A DNA stretch of 64,000 nt from Clostridia bacterium (GCA_017440585.1 JAFSGW010000008.1:3976-67975); one strand, 5' to 3'. Positions 45,033 to 55,396 are shown, counted from the stretch's first letter. A program made the numbers and translations. Notes: generated from the sequence alone by a model not told the origin.

Positions 45033-47882
45033 ATGAAGAAGATTTTAGAAAAAATTTCACTGTTAAAGATTGTTACACTTATTCTTGCAGTTATACTTGT
45101 AGTATCCTTCGTATCAAAGCTCCCTGAGTTCATCATGAAGTCCACACCCGTTCAGGAAGTGCTTCAGAGCGGTATCAGCCAGGAAGTTGGCGAAGTGATT
45201 GAAAAAAGCCTCGACGGTTACGTTAAGGTTGCTGAAAACGGTGGCAGAGAGCTCTATGTGGCTCCCAAGAGCGTTAATGTAGCTGTTGTTGATACTGCTA
45301 CAGGTCAGGTATGGAGATCCTCTCCCGAGGATGGCTCTCTTACAGAAGCTGAAAAGGCTCCCATCTTTATTTCCTTCCTTGATGCAACAGGTGCTCTCAA
45401 GACATGGGATGCTTACACATATTCTATCGCTAACGACAACACAACACGTGAGCTTGAAGCAGGCGAGAGCCTTACTGACACTTACCAGATTGCAAAGATA
45501 GAAGACGGCTTCAGAGCAACTCTTCGTATCAGTGAAAGTGAATCTACTGAGCTTGACCAGTATATGCCCAAGAAGATTTCTATCGAAAGATATGAAGAAT
45601 GCTTCTTGAATAAGGCAACAGCACTTTATGAAGCAGGCAAGATCAGCGAAGATGATCTTACAAAGTACAACAAGGCTCTTTCCATGATTTATGCGAAGGA
45701 CGCTGAAGTTGGCGACCACTACTACAACAAGTATGCAGGTACACCCCCTGTAACTGTTACAAAGATTCTTATTGACCTTTCCAAGAAGGTTGAGTACACA
45801 CGTGATGACCTTATCAACGACTCCAGAGAATGGGACGTTACAGAAGTTGAATTCTCTCAGCCCGCTGACTTTACGGTTATCGTGGATGTAACACTGGAGG
45901 ATGGTGACCTTGTAGTTCACATTCCTACATACGAAATCACAGATAACAGTGAAGACGTTGACTACTACACACTTCACGATATCTCTGTTTTCCCCAACTT
46001 TGGTTTAGTGAATGCAAAGAACTATGACAACGGCTTTATCTTTGTTCCCGACGGCAGCGGTGCACTCTTCAACCTTAACAGCTACGACAGCGGTTATGTT
46101 GAATACAACCGTCCCGTTTACAACAATGCATATTATGACACTCTTTACCAGGATACAGAATACAACGAGGATCTTATGATGCCCGTATTCGGTTTGGGTA
46201 AGGATGGCGGCGAAGCAGTTAAGGCTCCCGAGGTTCCTGAAGTGGCTGAGGGTGAAGAAGCTGAAGAACCCACAGAGGTTGAAACAGTTCCTGCCGAAGA
46301 GCCTGCAAGCGTTAAGCTTGAAACAGAACACAAGAAGAACACCGGCGCGATGACAGGCTTTATGGGCATCATCGAAAGCGGTGCAGAAACAGCAACAATT
46401 TCCGTTAAGCTCGGTGTTGCAGACACTGCAAATGGTGGTACAAACTTCAATAAGGTTTACCCCACATTTGAAGTTATGCAGTACTCCAACGTAAAGGTAT
46501 TTGGTCCTTACAGCACAAATGAAGCTAAGTTCCTTGCAACAACAACTTCCTTTGATGTTGACCTTAAGGTACGTTACAAGCTTTACACAGATAACTGCAG
46601 CTACTACACAATGGCTACAGATTATAAGGATTACCTTGTTAAGGCTAATGACCTTACTGTAAACTATGAAGCTGCTCCCGGAGTATTCCTTGATGTTGTT
46701 TCTTCCCTTACAATGGAAGACAGATTCATGGGCGTTCCCTATGACAGAACAACAAGCATGACAACTTACTCCGAGCTGGACGAAATTCTTGACGACCTTT
46801 CCGGTATCAGCAAGGTTGTAAGCTACAAGGGTGCATATAACGGTGGTATTTACAACACTGTTAACCTTAAGGCTAAGAAGACAGGTTCTAACGGCTCCAA
46901 GGGTGACTATGAAGCTCTTATGAAGGAACATGGAGATTCTATCTACATGTCCACACCTGTTTCCTACGTATTTAAGGATACAGCAATGTTTAACCCCGTA
47001 AAGCATGGTCTTTTAGGCTATGACTCTGAACCTGCAAAGGTTTATGACTACGATATTCCCACAGGCAGATTCAACCTCTTCGGCGAAGGCCACTATGTAC
47101 TTAGCCCCTTCTATTTACCCGAGGCTGTTGAATCCTTCTCCGAAACAGCAGGTAATGTAAACCTTGCTATCGAAGACCTGGGTAACATTGTATATGCAAA
47201 CTACAGCCCCGAAGAAGAGGTTAACCTCTACGAGGGCGAACAGGTTATTCAGAATGCTCTTGCAACACTTTCTGCAAACGACAGAAAGGTAGTGCTCTAC
47301 AATCCCTTTGTAAGCCGTATGAAGTACGCTGAATACTGCGCAGATATTTCCCGCGAAAGCAGCGACTACGGTCTTATCGAGCACAACATACCCTTCAGAC
47401 AGATTGTTATGAACGGTATTACAAAGTATACAACACTTAACATTAACGAATCTTCCACAGGTAAGGCTTACTACCTCCTTCAGGCTCTTGAATTAGGCAG
47501 CATGCCCAAGTACAAGATTACTTATAAGAGTGTTGACAGACTTAAGGAAAACAACTACAGTGAGCTTTATTCCACAGAATATAAGCATAACAGCGAAAAC
47601 ATCAAGGCTATGGCTGAAACTGTAGCGAAGGAATTTGCTAAGATCGGTACAACTGAAATTACAGGTCACAAGATTCTTGGCGAAAAGGTATTTGAAACAA
47701 CATATGCAACTGGCGTGAAGGTAGTTGTAAACTACAACACACTTCCTGCAGATGTTGAAGGCTACGGCACAATCGATGCAGAAGGCTACGTAATCGTTGG
47801 CGCTGATGCTCAGGACGAAGTTCCCGTGCCCGAGCCCGTTGCTGAAGAAGCAGTTGAGGAAGGAGGAGAAATCAATGAGTAA
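45033..47882 (+). CDS. large TM-anchored extracellular protein (949 aa) with acidic E/P-rich linker, function unknown
   Basis: N-terminal signal anchor and linker EVPEVAEGEEAEEPTEVETVPAEEPA. No recognised catalytic motifs. RBS AGGAGGTG. Confidence 0.6.
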   Translation: MKKILEKISLLKIVTLILAVILVVSFVSKLPEFIMKSTPVQEVLQSGISQEVGEVIEKSLDGYVKVAENGGRELYVAPKSVNVAVVDTATGQVWRSSPEDGSLTEAEKAPIFISFLDATGALKTWDAYTYSIANDNTTRELEAGESLTDTYQIAKIEDGFRATLRISESESTELDQYMPKKISIERYEECFLNKATALYEAGKISEDDLTKYNKALSMIYAKDAEVGDHYYNKYAGTPPVTVTKILIDLSKKVEYTRDDLINDSREWDVTEVEFSQPADFTVIVDVTLEDGDLVVHIPTYEITDNSEDVDYYTLHDISVFPNFGLVNAKNYDNGFIFVPDGSGALFNLNSYDSGYVEYNRPVYNNAYYDTLYQDTEYNEDLMMPVFGLGKDGGEAVKAPEVPEVAEGEEAEEPTEVETVPAEEPASVKLETEHKKNTGAMTGFMGIIESGAETATISVKLGVADTANGGTNFNKVYPTFEVMQYSNVKVFGPYSTNEAKFLATTTSFDVDLKVRYKLYTDNCSYYTMATDYKDYLVKANDLTVNYEAAPGVFLDVVSSLTMEDRFMGVPYDRTTSMTTYSELDEILDDLSGISKVVSYKGAYNGGIYNTVNLKAKKTGSNGSKGDYEALMKEHGDSIYMSTPVSYVFKDTAMFNPVKHGLLGYDSEPAKVYDYDIPTGRFNLFGEGHYVLSPFYLPEAVESFSETAGNVNLAIEDLGNIVYANYSPEEEVNLYEGEQVIQNALATLSANDRKVVLYNPFVSRMKYAEYCADISRESSDYGLIEHNIPFRQIVMNGITKYTTLNINESSTGKAYYLLQALELGSMPKYKITYKSVDRLKENNYSELYSTEYKHNSENIKAMAETVAKEFAKIGTTEITGHKILGEKVFETTYATGVKVVVNYNTLPADVEGYGTIDAEGYVIVGADAQDEVPVPEPVAEEAVEEGGEINE

Positions 47883-48804
47883 AAATGCAGTACAGAAGGC
47901 TCCTAAGGTTAAGAAGCCTATGAAGTTCCAGACTACTCAGAAAATCAACGGTTATGTGTTCTTGCTTCCGTGGATTATCGGTTTCCTTCTGTTCTTCCTT
48001 ATGCCCATGGTTAACACAATTATCTACTCCTTCAACGAAGTAGGTGTTGCGGAAGCCGGCGGTATGGAAATGACATACAGAGGCATCCAGAACTACATTG
48101 ATTTGTTCCAGAAGGAACTTTCCACAGCTAACCAGCAGTTCACACGTGTATTTGCTGAAGAAAACTCAAACATTGTTATGAATACTCCTCTTATCGTTGT
48201 ATTCAGCCTTTTCTCAGCACTTCTGGTTAACGCAAACTACAAGGGAAGAGACATTGTAAGAGTTATCTTCTTCCTTCCCATCGTACTTGGTATTTCCATC
48301 GTTACTACTCTTGTAACAACAACAGGCGGCGATGTAACAGGTGTTACAGCAGTTGCTACAGAAGAGTCCGGCTTCATTATGAGGCTGCTCACATCCTATT
48401 CCTTCCTTCCTAAGGACGTAATCGGATTTATCATGGGTGTTGTTGCAGACATTTCTTCCATTATTTCCAAGGCAGGCGTTCAGACACTTCTTTACCTTGC
48501 AGCACTTCAGGGTATCAGCCCCTCTCTTTACGAGGTTGCTAAGATCGAAGGTGCTACAACATACGAAGTATTCTGGAAGGTTACTTTCCCCATCGTTGGT
48601 TCAATCACATTGTTCAACTTTGTTTATACATTCGTTGACCTGTTCCTTGACTCCTCGATTGCTCAGGAAGTTTACGCATTCGCGTTCCAGAAGAACAACA
48701 TTGGTGTAGGTAGTGCACTTTCCGTTGTTTACATGTTTGACGTACTTGCAATTCTGGTTGTAATGGTATTGATTCTTACGAAGGTGGTGAAGATTGGTGA
48801 ATAA
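47875..48804 (+). CDS. sugar ABC transporter permease
   Basis: EAA loop YEVAKIEGATTYEVFWKVTFP. Start at the internal ATG 47875 after AGGAGGAG. Confidence 0.8.
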   Translation: MSKNAVQKAPKVKKPMKFQTTQKINGYVFLLPWIIGFLLFFLMPMVNTIIYSFNEVGVAEAGGMEMTYRGIQNYIDLFQKELSTANQQFTRVFAEENSNIVMNTPLIVVFSLFSALLVNANYKGRDIVRVIFFLPIVLGISIVTTLVTTTGGDVTGVTAVATEESGFIMRLLTSYSFLPKDVIGFIMGVVADISSIISKAGVQTLLYLAALQGISPSLYEVAKIEGATTYEVFWKVTFPIVGSITLFNFVYTFVDLFLDSSIAQEVYAFAFQKNNIGVGSALSVVYMFDVLAILVVMVLILTKVVKIGE

Positions 48805-49852
48805 GAAGACAAAAGCCCCCAAGGCTCCTAAAGCAAAAAAGACAGGTCTTTTCACTTGGTTGAAGAATGCCTGGAACGACAACTCCATCACTGATCCCCT
48901 CGTATGTAAGAGAACACTTCAGAGTATTGTTTTCAAGTTCTTCGGTATTACAGTTATCCTGGGTATGTGCTTTGCGATTCTTTATCCTATCTTAAAGCTT
49001 TTCCCCATGATTCTTTGTGACGTTGAAGACTTAGGTAACCCTGACGTTGTATGGATTCCCATCCATTACTCCATCGTAAGCTTCAAAGCTGCTATAAGAC
49101 TGGTGTTTGGTAACTTCTCAACAATGTTCCTTTCACTTCTTTATGCTGCTGTTACAGCTTTCATTCAGGTTGTTATCTGTGCTATGGCAGGTTACACAAT
49201 CGGTAGAATCAAGATTCCCTTCAAGGGCTTGGTTTTCGGTCTGGTAGTATTCCAGTTCGTTGTACCTCCTCAGTCGCTTCTTATTTCTCAGTACTTAAAC
49301 TTCAAGAACTTTGATATTCTTGGTTTGTTCCAGCTTTTCACAGGCGACACTGTTGACCTCATCAACAACCCTGTAACACTTTACATGCTCTCCATTCTTG
49401 GTCAGGGCTTAAAGCAGAGCTTGTTCATTTACATTTTCTCTTCCTTCTTCCAGGGTCTTCCCAAGGAATTGGAAGAAGCAGCTCTTATCGACGGTTGCGG
49501 CTTCTACAAGACATATCTTAAGATTGCTCTTCCCAATGCTGTTCCTTCGATCATGGTTGTTGCAGTGCTTTCCTTCATCTGGAACTACGGCGATACATAC
49601 TACACAGGTTACTTCCATCCCGATGGACCTTACCTTGCAATGAAGCTTAATCAGCAGTTCGCAGCTACAAACGCTAACACTGTTACTGATGCGGTTTCCA
49701 AGTGGTATGATAAGCCCGCAGCATCGAGCTTCACATACGATGCTGTTAAGCAGGCGGCAGTTCTCATCTACCTTATTCCTCTTCTTGTTATTTACTTCAT
49801 CGTACAGAAGAGACTTGTTGAAAACTTCGCAGCCAGCGGTATTGTTGGTTAA
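48797..49852 (+). CDS. sugar ABC transporter permease
   Basis: EAA loop EEAALIDGCGFYKTYLKIALP. GTG 48797 (or TTG 48794) after AGGTGGTG. Confidence 0.8.
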   Translation: MNKKTKAPKAPKAKKTGLFTWLKNAWNDNSITDPLVCKRTLQSIVFKFFGITVILGMCFAILYPILKLFPMILCDVEDLGNPDVVWIPIHYSIVSFKAAIRLVFGNFSTMFLSLLYAAVTAFIQVVICAMAGYTIGRIKIPFKGLVFGLVVFQFVVPPQSLLISQYLNFKNFDILGLFQLFTGDTVDLINNPVTLYMLSILGQGLKQSLFIYIFSSFFQGLPKELEEAALIDGCGFYKTYLKIALPNAVPSIMVVAVLSFIWNYGDTYYTGYFHPDGPYLAMKLNQQFAATNANTVTDAVSKWYDKPAASSFTYDAVKQAAVLIYLIPLLVIYFIVQKRLVENFAASGIVG

Positions 49853-49861
49853 AAACTTTAA

Positions 49862-49892
49862 AAGACGTCCAAGAAATTGGACGTCTTTTTTG
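49862..49892 (+). terminator. rho-independent terminator ending the permease operon
   Basis: AAGACGTCCAAGAAATTGGACGTCTT followed by TTTTTG. Confidence 0.85.
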
Positions 49893-49904
49893 TTTAAACC
49901 AACA

Positions 49905-50080
49905 GCGATATAAATCCCTTACGGGATTTGCGATATTCCCCTTCGGGGAGCGATATGTCTGCGACGCGATATGCCCTACGGGCGTGAGGGATTTAAATCA
50001 TATCGCGTTTGAGCATAGCGAAAACATATCGCAACGAGGCAACGCCGAGTTATATCGAATTTGCAAAGCAAATATATCGC
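49905..50080. repeat. array of 8 heptamer repeats: 4 x GCGATAT then 4 x ATATCG(C/A), interleaved with GGGATTT / CCTACGGG hairpins
   Basis: GCGATAT at ~49905, 49930, 49950 and 49966. ATATCGC/A at ~50000, 50026, 50052 and 50074. Hairpins AAATCCCTTACGGGATTT, CCCCTTCGGGG and CCCTACGGGCGTGAGGG. Confidence 0.75.
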
Positions 50081-50187
50081 CAAAAACGAGCTGTATAGAC
50101 CGATAAAGGGCGAGTGAAATACTATTGCGGGAAGGGGAAAGAAGTGGTATAATTATTATGTAAAAACAAATATAAACGGTGATTGAT

Positions 50188-50496
50188 ATGGCAATGGTAC
50201 ACAAGTTTAATGTAATGAAGCCTGATGATGCGGAGTGGGAAGAGATGGAAATACCAATCCACGACAGCTTTATTTTTCCAAACCTTGAAAGGTTTAAGGC
50301 TGTTGATACCTTTTGGGGCAGCTGTGACAAAAAAACTTCAAAAGGGCTTGATTATTGCGGTTACACATATATTCCGCCTGAGAGCATGGATGCTCTTTTA
50401 AATGCGGTTAAAGGCGTTGAGGGTCTGGAAGAGCTTGAGAAGCTGGCTCTTTTTGCAAAAGAAAAAAACGCCCGGATTGAACACATTGGATTGTAA
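50188..50496 (+). CDS. hypothetical small protein (about 103 aa)
   Basis: ORF only. Start ambiguous (GTG 50179, ATG 50188 or ATG 50194) and weak RBS. Confidence 0.4.
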   Translation: MAMVHKFNVMKPDDAEWEEMEIPIHDSFIFPNLERFKAVDTFWGSCDKKTSKGLDYCGYTYIPPESMDALLNAVKGVEGLEELEKLALFAKEKNARIEHIGL

Positions 50497-50543
50497 TCAG
50501 TTAAACGATATTTTATATGGTACAGAAGTGAGGGGAGTTTGGT

Positions 50544-51362
50544 TTGATGGAAGAAAAAACGCTCAGGTTTCCTGTTTTGTTTGTTCACGGAATGGGTTTC
50601 CGTGACAGGAAAGGACTTTGCTATTGGGGGAGAATTCCCGAAGCGGTTGAAAAGCTCGGCTGCAATGTTTTTTACGGAGAACAGGACAGCAACGGAAGCA
50701 TAGAAGCTAATGCGGAATTTATCGGAAATAGGATAAATGAAATTCTTGAAGAAACAGGTAAGGAAAGGGTCAACATAATTGCCCATTCGAAGGGCGGACT
50801 TGATTGCAGATATCTTATTTCAACATTGGACTTTGGGGATAAGGTTGCATCACTAACCACAATAAGTACACCTCATCACGGCTCTGAAACTATAGATATA
50901 TTGATGAAGTTTCCCGATTGCTTGGTGAAATTGGTGGGTTTTTGTGCAGATTGTTGTTTCCGCTTGTGCGGAGATATAAATCCGTCCACGTATACGGTTT
51001 TAAAGTCATTTACAACAAAGGCATCAAAAGAGTTTAACAGAGAAAACCCCGATAACGAGAGCGTATATTATCAAAGTTATGCCTTTGTTATGAAAAACCC
51101 CTTTAGTGATATTTTCATGTGTATACCTAATTTTATTGTGAATTTGGTTGAAGGCGAGAATGATGGGCTTGTAACGCCTTCATCGGCAAAATGGAGCAAT
51201 TTTAAAGGTGTCTTCAAAGGATGTGGCAAGCGAGGCATTTCTCATTGTGATGAAGTCGACATGCGAAGGCGAGCTCTGTGCAAATACGAAGGTGAGGGTG
51301 TGTCAGATATTATAGATGTGTATAAAAGCATTGTGATAGATTTGTGCGAAAGAGGTTTTTGA
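50544..51362 (+). CDS. alpha/beta-hydrolase lipase/esterase (lipase class 2-like, AHSKGG nucleophile elbow)
   Basis: VLFVHGMGF and GxSxG-type motif IIAHSKGG. RBS GAGGGGAG. Confidence 0.7.
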   Translation: MMEEKTLRFPVLFVHGMGFRDRKGLCYWGRIPEAVEKLGCNVFYGEQDSNGSIEANAEFIGNRINEILEETGKERVNIIAHSKGGLDCRYLISTLDFGDKVASLTTISTPHHGSETIDILMKFPDCLVKLVGFCADCCFRLCGDINPSTYTVLKSFTTKASKEFNRENPDNESVYYQSYAFVMKNPFSDIFMCIPNFIVNLVEGENDGLVTPSSAKWSNFKGVFKGCGKRGISHCDEVDMRRRALCKYEGEGVSDIIDVYKSIVIDLCERGF

Positions 51363-51368
51363 CATATT

Positions 51369-51821
51369 ATGGACAGAAGCGAAAGAGTTATTTTGACAAA
51401 TATGTGCATGGTATATGACGGTGAAAAGGTGCTTGTGCAAAGAAGGGTGAAGCCGGGTTGGACAGGCATAGCATTCCCCGGAGGGCACGTGGAAAAGGGC
51501 GAGTCTTTCACGGAAAGCGTTATCCGCGAGGTAAAAGAGGAAACAGGGCTTACAATTAAAAACCCCAGGATGTGCGGAATTAAAAGCTGGTACACAAAGG
51601 ATGGCAGCCGATACATAATTCTTTTTTACAAGACAGATAAATTTTCGGGTACACTGCAATCCTCCGAGGAGGGGGAGGTTTTCTGGGCGGATGTTAAATC
51701 AGTGCCCGAAATGGAGCTTGCAAACGGCTTTGGCGATATGCTTAAGGTTTTCCTTGACGAGGATTTAAGCGAATTTTACTATTATACAGAAAACGGCGAA
51801 TGGAAATATGACTTGAAGTAG
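51369..51821 (+). CDS. NUDIX hydrolase
   Basis: NUDIX box GGHVEKGESFTESVIREVKEETGL. Confidence 0.85.
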   Translation: MDRSERVILTNMCMVYDGEKVLVQRRVKPGWTGIAFPGGHVEKGESFTESVIREVKEETGLTIKNPRMCGIKSWYTKDGSRYIILFYKTDKFSGTLQSSEEGEVFWADVKSVPEMELANGFGDMLKVFLDEDLSEFYYYTENGEWKYDLK

Positions 51822-51832
51822 GAGTGATAATT

Positions 51833-52309
51833 ATGTTCCGTGAATTAGTGAGGAAGAAAAAGCAGATTACAAATGAAGAATGCATAGAAATACTGAAAAA
51901 TGAAAAAAGGGGTGTTCTCAGCGTTATTGGTGACGAGGGGTATCCCTACGGAATGCCCATGAATCACTTTTACAATGAAGAAGACGGGTGCATATACTTT
52001 CATTCGGGAAAGCAGGGCCACAGATGCGATGCTCTTAATAATTGCGACAAGGTGTCCTTCTGTGTGTACGATGAGGGCTACAAAGAGGAAGGTAAATGGG
52101 CTCTTAACATAAAAAGTGTGATTGTTTTCGGCAAAATGGAGGTTATTTCCGACATTGATGAAATAGCCCGTATTACATACCTTTTAAGCCGTAAATTTAC
52201 CGAAGATGATGAATATATTAAAAATGAAATAAAGCTCTATGCCTCAAAAACCCTTCTTTTAAAGCTGAAGGTGGAGCATATGTGCGGAAAAATTGTTGAA
52301 GAATCATAA
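51833..52309 (+). CDS. pyridoxamine 5'-phosphate oxidase-like FMN-binding protein (NimA/nitroimidazole-reductase-like family)
   Basis: PNPOx split-barrel pattern (RGVLSVIGDEGYPYGMPMNHFY...IYFHS). Confidence 0.65.
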   Translation: MFRELVRKKKQITNEECIEILKNEKRGVLSVIGDEGYPYGMPMNHFYNEEDGCIYFHSGKQGHRCDALNNCDKVSFCVYDEGYKEEGKWALNIKSVIVFGKMEVISDIDEIARITYLLSRKFTEDDEYIKNEIKLYASKTLLLKLKVEHMCGKIVEES

Positions 52310-52322
52310 AGGGGGATATGGC

Positions 52323-52943
52323 ATGAAAAAGATATTGATAACAATTCTTTGTGTTTTACTTACGGTGGCACTTTTGGCAGGCTGCAGCTGTGAAAGAGGG
52401 GCTATTGACCCTACAGAAGCTACAGAAGAGGTAACTGAGCCTACAGAGGAGGAAGTGCTTTTACCCATTGAAGGAAGTCTTGATATGATTTATTCTTCCG
52501 GGGCAGGTGCTTGGGAGAGCCATATTTCGCTTAAGGCTGACGGCAGCTTCACGGGAGGCTATCACGACATGGACATGGGCTTCTCAGGTGAGGGCTATGA
52601 TGCTACCGTTTACGAGAGCATTTTCAAGGGGAAATTTAAAGACATTAAAATGACAGAGGATTATGCATTTGAAATGACCCTTGATTGGGTTGAAACCGCA
52701 AAGAAAGAGGGCACGGAGGTTATTGAGGACCAGGGCGGTGTACTGGTAAGAAAGGTTTCAAGTGAAGCGATGGGTATAGAGGGGGGAGATAAATTCATAT
52801 TATACCTGCCCACAGCACCTGTAAGCGAGCTTAGCGAGGAGTTTTTGTGGTGGAACCCGGGAAGATATGAAGAAACTGAAACCCTTCAGCGGTACGGCTT
52901 ATACAATGTGGTGACGGATGCAGGCTTTTTCTGTTACGAGTAA
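52323..52943 (+). CDS. hypothetical lipoprotein
   Basis: MKKILITILCVLLTVALLAGCS lipobox and an acidic T/E-rich linker. Confidence 0.6.
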   Translation: MKKILITILCVLLTVALLAGCSCERGAIDPTEATEEVTEPTEEEVLLPIEGSLDMIYSSGAGAWESHISLKADGSFTGGYHDMDMGFSGEGYDATVYESIFKGKFKDIKMTEDYAFEMTLDWVETAKKEGTEVIEDQGGVLVRKVSSEAMGIEGGDKFILYLPTAPVSELSEEFLWWNPGRYEETETLQRYGLYNVVTDAGFFCYE

Positions 52944-52988
52944 TGCAAAAATATTTACTTCCTTGCATAATTATTCGCACAAAATGTA

Positions 52989-53016
52989 TTGACTTTTCTG
53001 AAATTGGTGGTATAAT
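52989..53016 (+). promoter_or_regulatory. putative promoter TTGACT-16-TGgTATAAT (extended -10) for the amino-acid ABC operon
   Basis: Hexamers plus a TG dinucleotide ~60 nt upstream of the ATG at 53077. Confidence 0.5.
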
Positions 53017-53076
53017 CTTGTTATTGAGTGAAAAGCTCAATACATAAATGTTCAAATTTGAAAGGAAGTAGTTAAA

Positions 53077-53868
53077 ATGAAAAAGATTTTAACAATCGCA
53101 CTTTGCCTTATGCTTGCTCTTTCTTTTGCAGCTTGCGGCGGCAACACAGTAACAGAAAACCCCACAGATGCAACAGAAGAAGCTTCCAAGCTTGTTCTTA
53201 CAATGGCAACAAACGCAGAATTCCCTCCTTATGAATTCTACGACGGTGAAGTTGTTGTAGGTATCGATGCTGAGGTTGCAGCAGTAATTGCTGAAAAGCT
53301 TGGTATGGAGCTTGAAATCGTTGATACAGCATTTGACTCCATCATCCCCGCAATCGTTGCAGGTAAGTACGATATGGGTATGGCAGGTATGACAGTTACA
53401 GAAGAAAGACTTGAAGAAGTTAACTTCTCCACAAGCTATGCTAAGGGCGTACAGGTTGTTATCGTTGCAGCTGACTCTGACATCAAGACTGTAGATGACC
53501 TCTTTGGTGACAAGAACTACACAATCGGTGTTCAGACAGGCACAACAGGTGACCTTTACTCCACTTGGGATATCGAAGACGAAGGTCTTGGTACAGTTTC
53601 CCGTTACAACAAGGGTGCTGACGCTGTAGAAGCACTTAAGGTTGGTAAGGTTGACTGCGTAATCATCGACAACGAGCCTGCAAAGGCATTTGTTGCTGAC
53701 AGCGAAAACCTTGTAATTCTTGACACAGCTTACGCTGAAGAAGACTACGCTATCGCAGTAGCTAAGGACAACACAGAGCTCCTTGAAAAGATCAACACAG
53801 CTCTTGAAGAACTCATGGCTGACGGTACACTCCAGTCTATCGTAGACAAGTACATTTCTGCTGAATAA
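53077..53868 (+). CDS. polar amino-acid ABC transporter substrate-binding lipoprotein (PBP family 3)
   Basis: Lipobox LSFAAC and SBP_bac_3 pattern (YDMGMAGMTVTEER...TIGVQTGTTG). Confidence 0.85.
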   Translation: MKKILTIALCLMLALSFAACGGNTVTENPTDATEEASKLVLTMATNAEFPPYEFYDGEVVVGIDAEVAAVIAEKLGMELEIVDTAFDSIIPAIVAGKYDMGMAGMTVTEERLEEVNFSTSYAKGVQVVIVAADSDIKTVDDLFGDKNYTIGVQTGTTGDLYSTWDIEDEGLGTVSRYNKGADAVEALKVGKVDCVIIDNEPAKAFVADSENLVILDTAYAEEDYAIAVAKDNTELLEKINTALEELMADGTLQSIVDKYISAE

Positions 53869-53931
53869 TTAATATGAAAAAAAGGGAGCAGGGAAACCCG
53901 CTCCCTTATTTTAAAGCGAGGGGAAAAGATT

Positions 53932-54660
53932 ATGTCAGAATTTTTTCAGACTTTACAGGCTGACTTTATAAAGTGCTTTATAACAAAAGACCGCTGGAAG
54001 CTTATCTGGGACGGTCTCGGTTCGACACTTCAGATTACTCTCTTTGCTTGTCTTATGGGTATTGCAATTGGTCTTGTTGTGGCTGTAATAAGAAGCACCT
54101 ATGATAAAAACGGTAAGGAAATGCGCAACGGTGCAGCAAAAGCTCTTTTGAGTGTTGTAAACTGGATTTGTAATGTTTATCTTACTGTTATAAGAGGAAC
54201 ACCCGTTGTTGTTCAGCTTATGATTATGTATTATATTGTTTTTGCTTCCTCAAGAAACAGTGTGATGATTGCAGTTGTGGCTTTTGGTATTAATTCCGGT
54301 GCTTACGTTGCGGAAATTTTCCGCTCGGGTATTATGAGCATTGACCAGGGGCAGTTTGAAGCCGGCAGAAGCCTGGGCTTCGGATATATAAGCACAATGC
54401 TGTATATTGTTTTCCCTCAGGCATTCAAGAGTGTTTTGCCTACACTTGCAAATGAATTTATCGTGCTTTTGAAGGAAACTTCCGTTGCAGGTTATGTTGC
54501 AATTCAGGACCTTACAAAGGGTGGGGATATCATAAGAGGTGCTACGTATGAAACCTTTATGCCTCTTCTCACAGTAGCTGCAATATATCTTATACTTGTA
54601 ATATTCTTTACAAGACTTGTAAGTATTCTTGAAAGGAGATTGAGAAACAGTGAACGATAA
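53932..54660 (+). CDS. amino-acid ABC transporter permease (HisM/GlnP family)
   Basis: TM-rich with the conserved EAGRSLGF loop region. Confidence 0.85.
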   Translation: MSEFFQTLQADFIKCFITKDRWKLIWDGLGSTLQITLFACLMGIAIGLVVAVIRSTYDKNGKEMRNGAAKALLSVVNWICNVYLTVIRGTPVVVQLMIMYYIVFASSRNSVMIAVVAFGINSGAYVAEIFRSGIMSIDQGQFEAGRSLGFGYISTMLYIVFPQAFKSVLPTLANEFIVLLKETSVAGYVAIQDLTKGGDIIRGATYETFMPLLTVAAIYLILVIFFTRLVSILERRLRNSER

Positions 54661-55396
54661 TGTAATTATCAGAACGGAAAATCTCTGTAAGTATTACGGC
54701 GAGAAAATCCACGCTTTGGAAATGGTTAATGCTGAAATTAAAAAGGGCGAAGTGGTTGTTGTTATCGGCCCTTCGGGCTCAGGTAAGTCCACCTTTTTAC
54801 GCTCCTTAAACCTTCTTGAAACTGCAACAAGCGGCAAGGTTTATTTTGAGGGAGTTGATATTACTGACCCCAAGGTTAATATTAATATTCACCGTCAGAA
54901 GATGGGCATGGTTTTCCAGCAGTTTAACCTGTTCCCTCATATGACCGTTTTAAAGAACCTTACATTGGCTCCCATGAAGCTTAAGGGCATGAAGGCAGAG
55001 AAGGCAGAAGAGCTTGCTCTCAGAATGCTTGATAAGGTTGGTCTGAAGGATAGAGCAAATGCATATCCCAGCCAGCTTTCAGGCGGACAGAAGCAGAGAG
55101 TTGCAATTGTACGTGCTCTTTGCATGAACCCCGAGGTTATGCTTTTCGACGAGCCTACAAGTGCTCTTGACCCCGAAATGGTAGGCGAGGTATTGCAGGT
55201 AATGAAAGACCTTGCGAAGGAAGGCATGACAATGGTTGTTGTTACTCATGAGATGGGCTTTGCCAAGGAGGTTGCAGACCGAGTAATCTTCATGGCAGAG
55301 GGTGCAATTATTGAAGAAGGCACCCCCGATGAAATTTTCTCAAACCCCGGGGATGAGAGAACACAGGGCTTCCTTAAATCTGTATTGAATGTATAA
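54650..55396 (+). CDS. amino-acid ABC transporter ATP-binding protein (GlnQ-like)
   Basis: Walker [10 protein letters not shown], signature [15 protein letters not shown] and Walker [15 protein letters not shown] start after GAAAGGAG. Confidence 0.9.
   Translation: MNDNVIIRTENLCKYYGEKIHALEMVNAEIKKGEVVVVIGPSGSGKSTFLRSLNLLETATSGKVYFEGVDITDPKVNINIHRQKMGMVFQQFNLFPHMTVLKNLTLAPMKLKGMKAEKAEELALRMLDKVGLKDRANAYPSQLSGGQKQRVAIVRALCMNPEVMLFDEPTSALDPEMVGEVLQVMKDLAKEGMTMVVVTHEMGFAKEVADRVIFMAEGAIIEEGTPDEIFSNPGDERTQGFLKSVLNV

Noticed and set aside
49905-50080. CRISPR array
   Set aside because: The repeats are 7-nt half-sites with irregular 15-28-nt spacing and mixed orientation. There are no cas genes.
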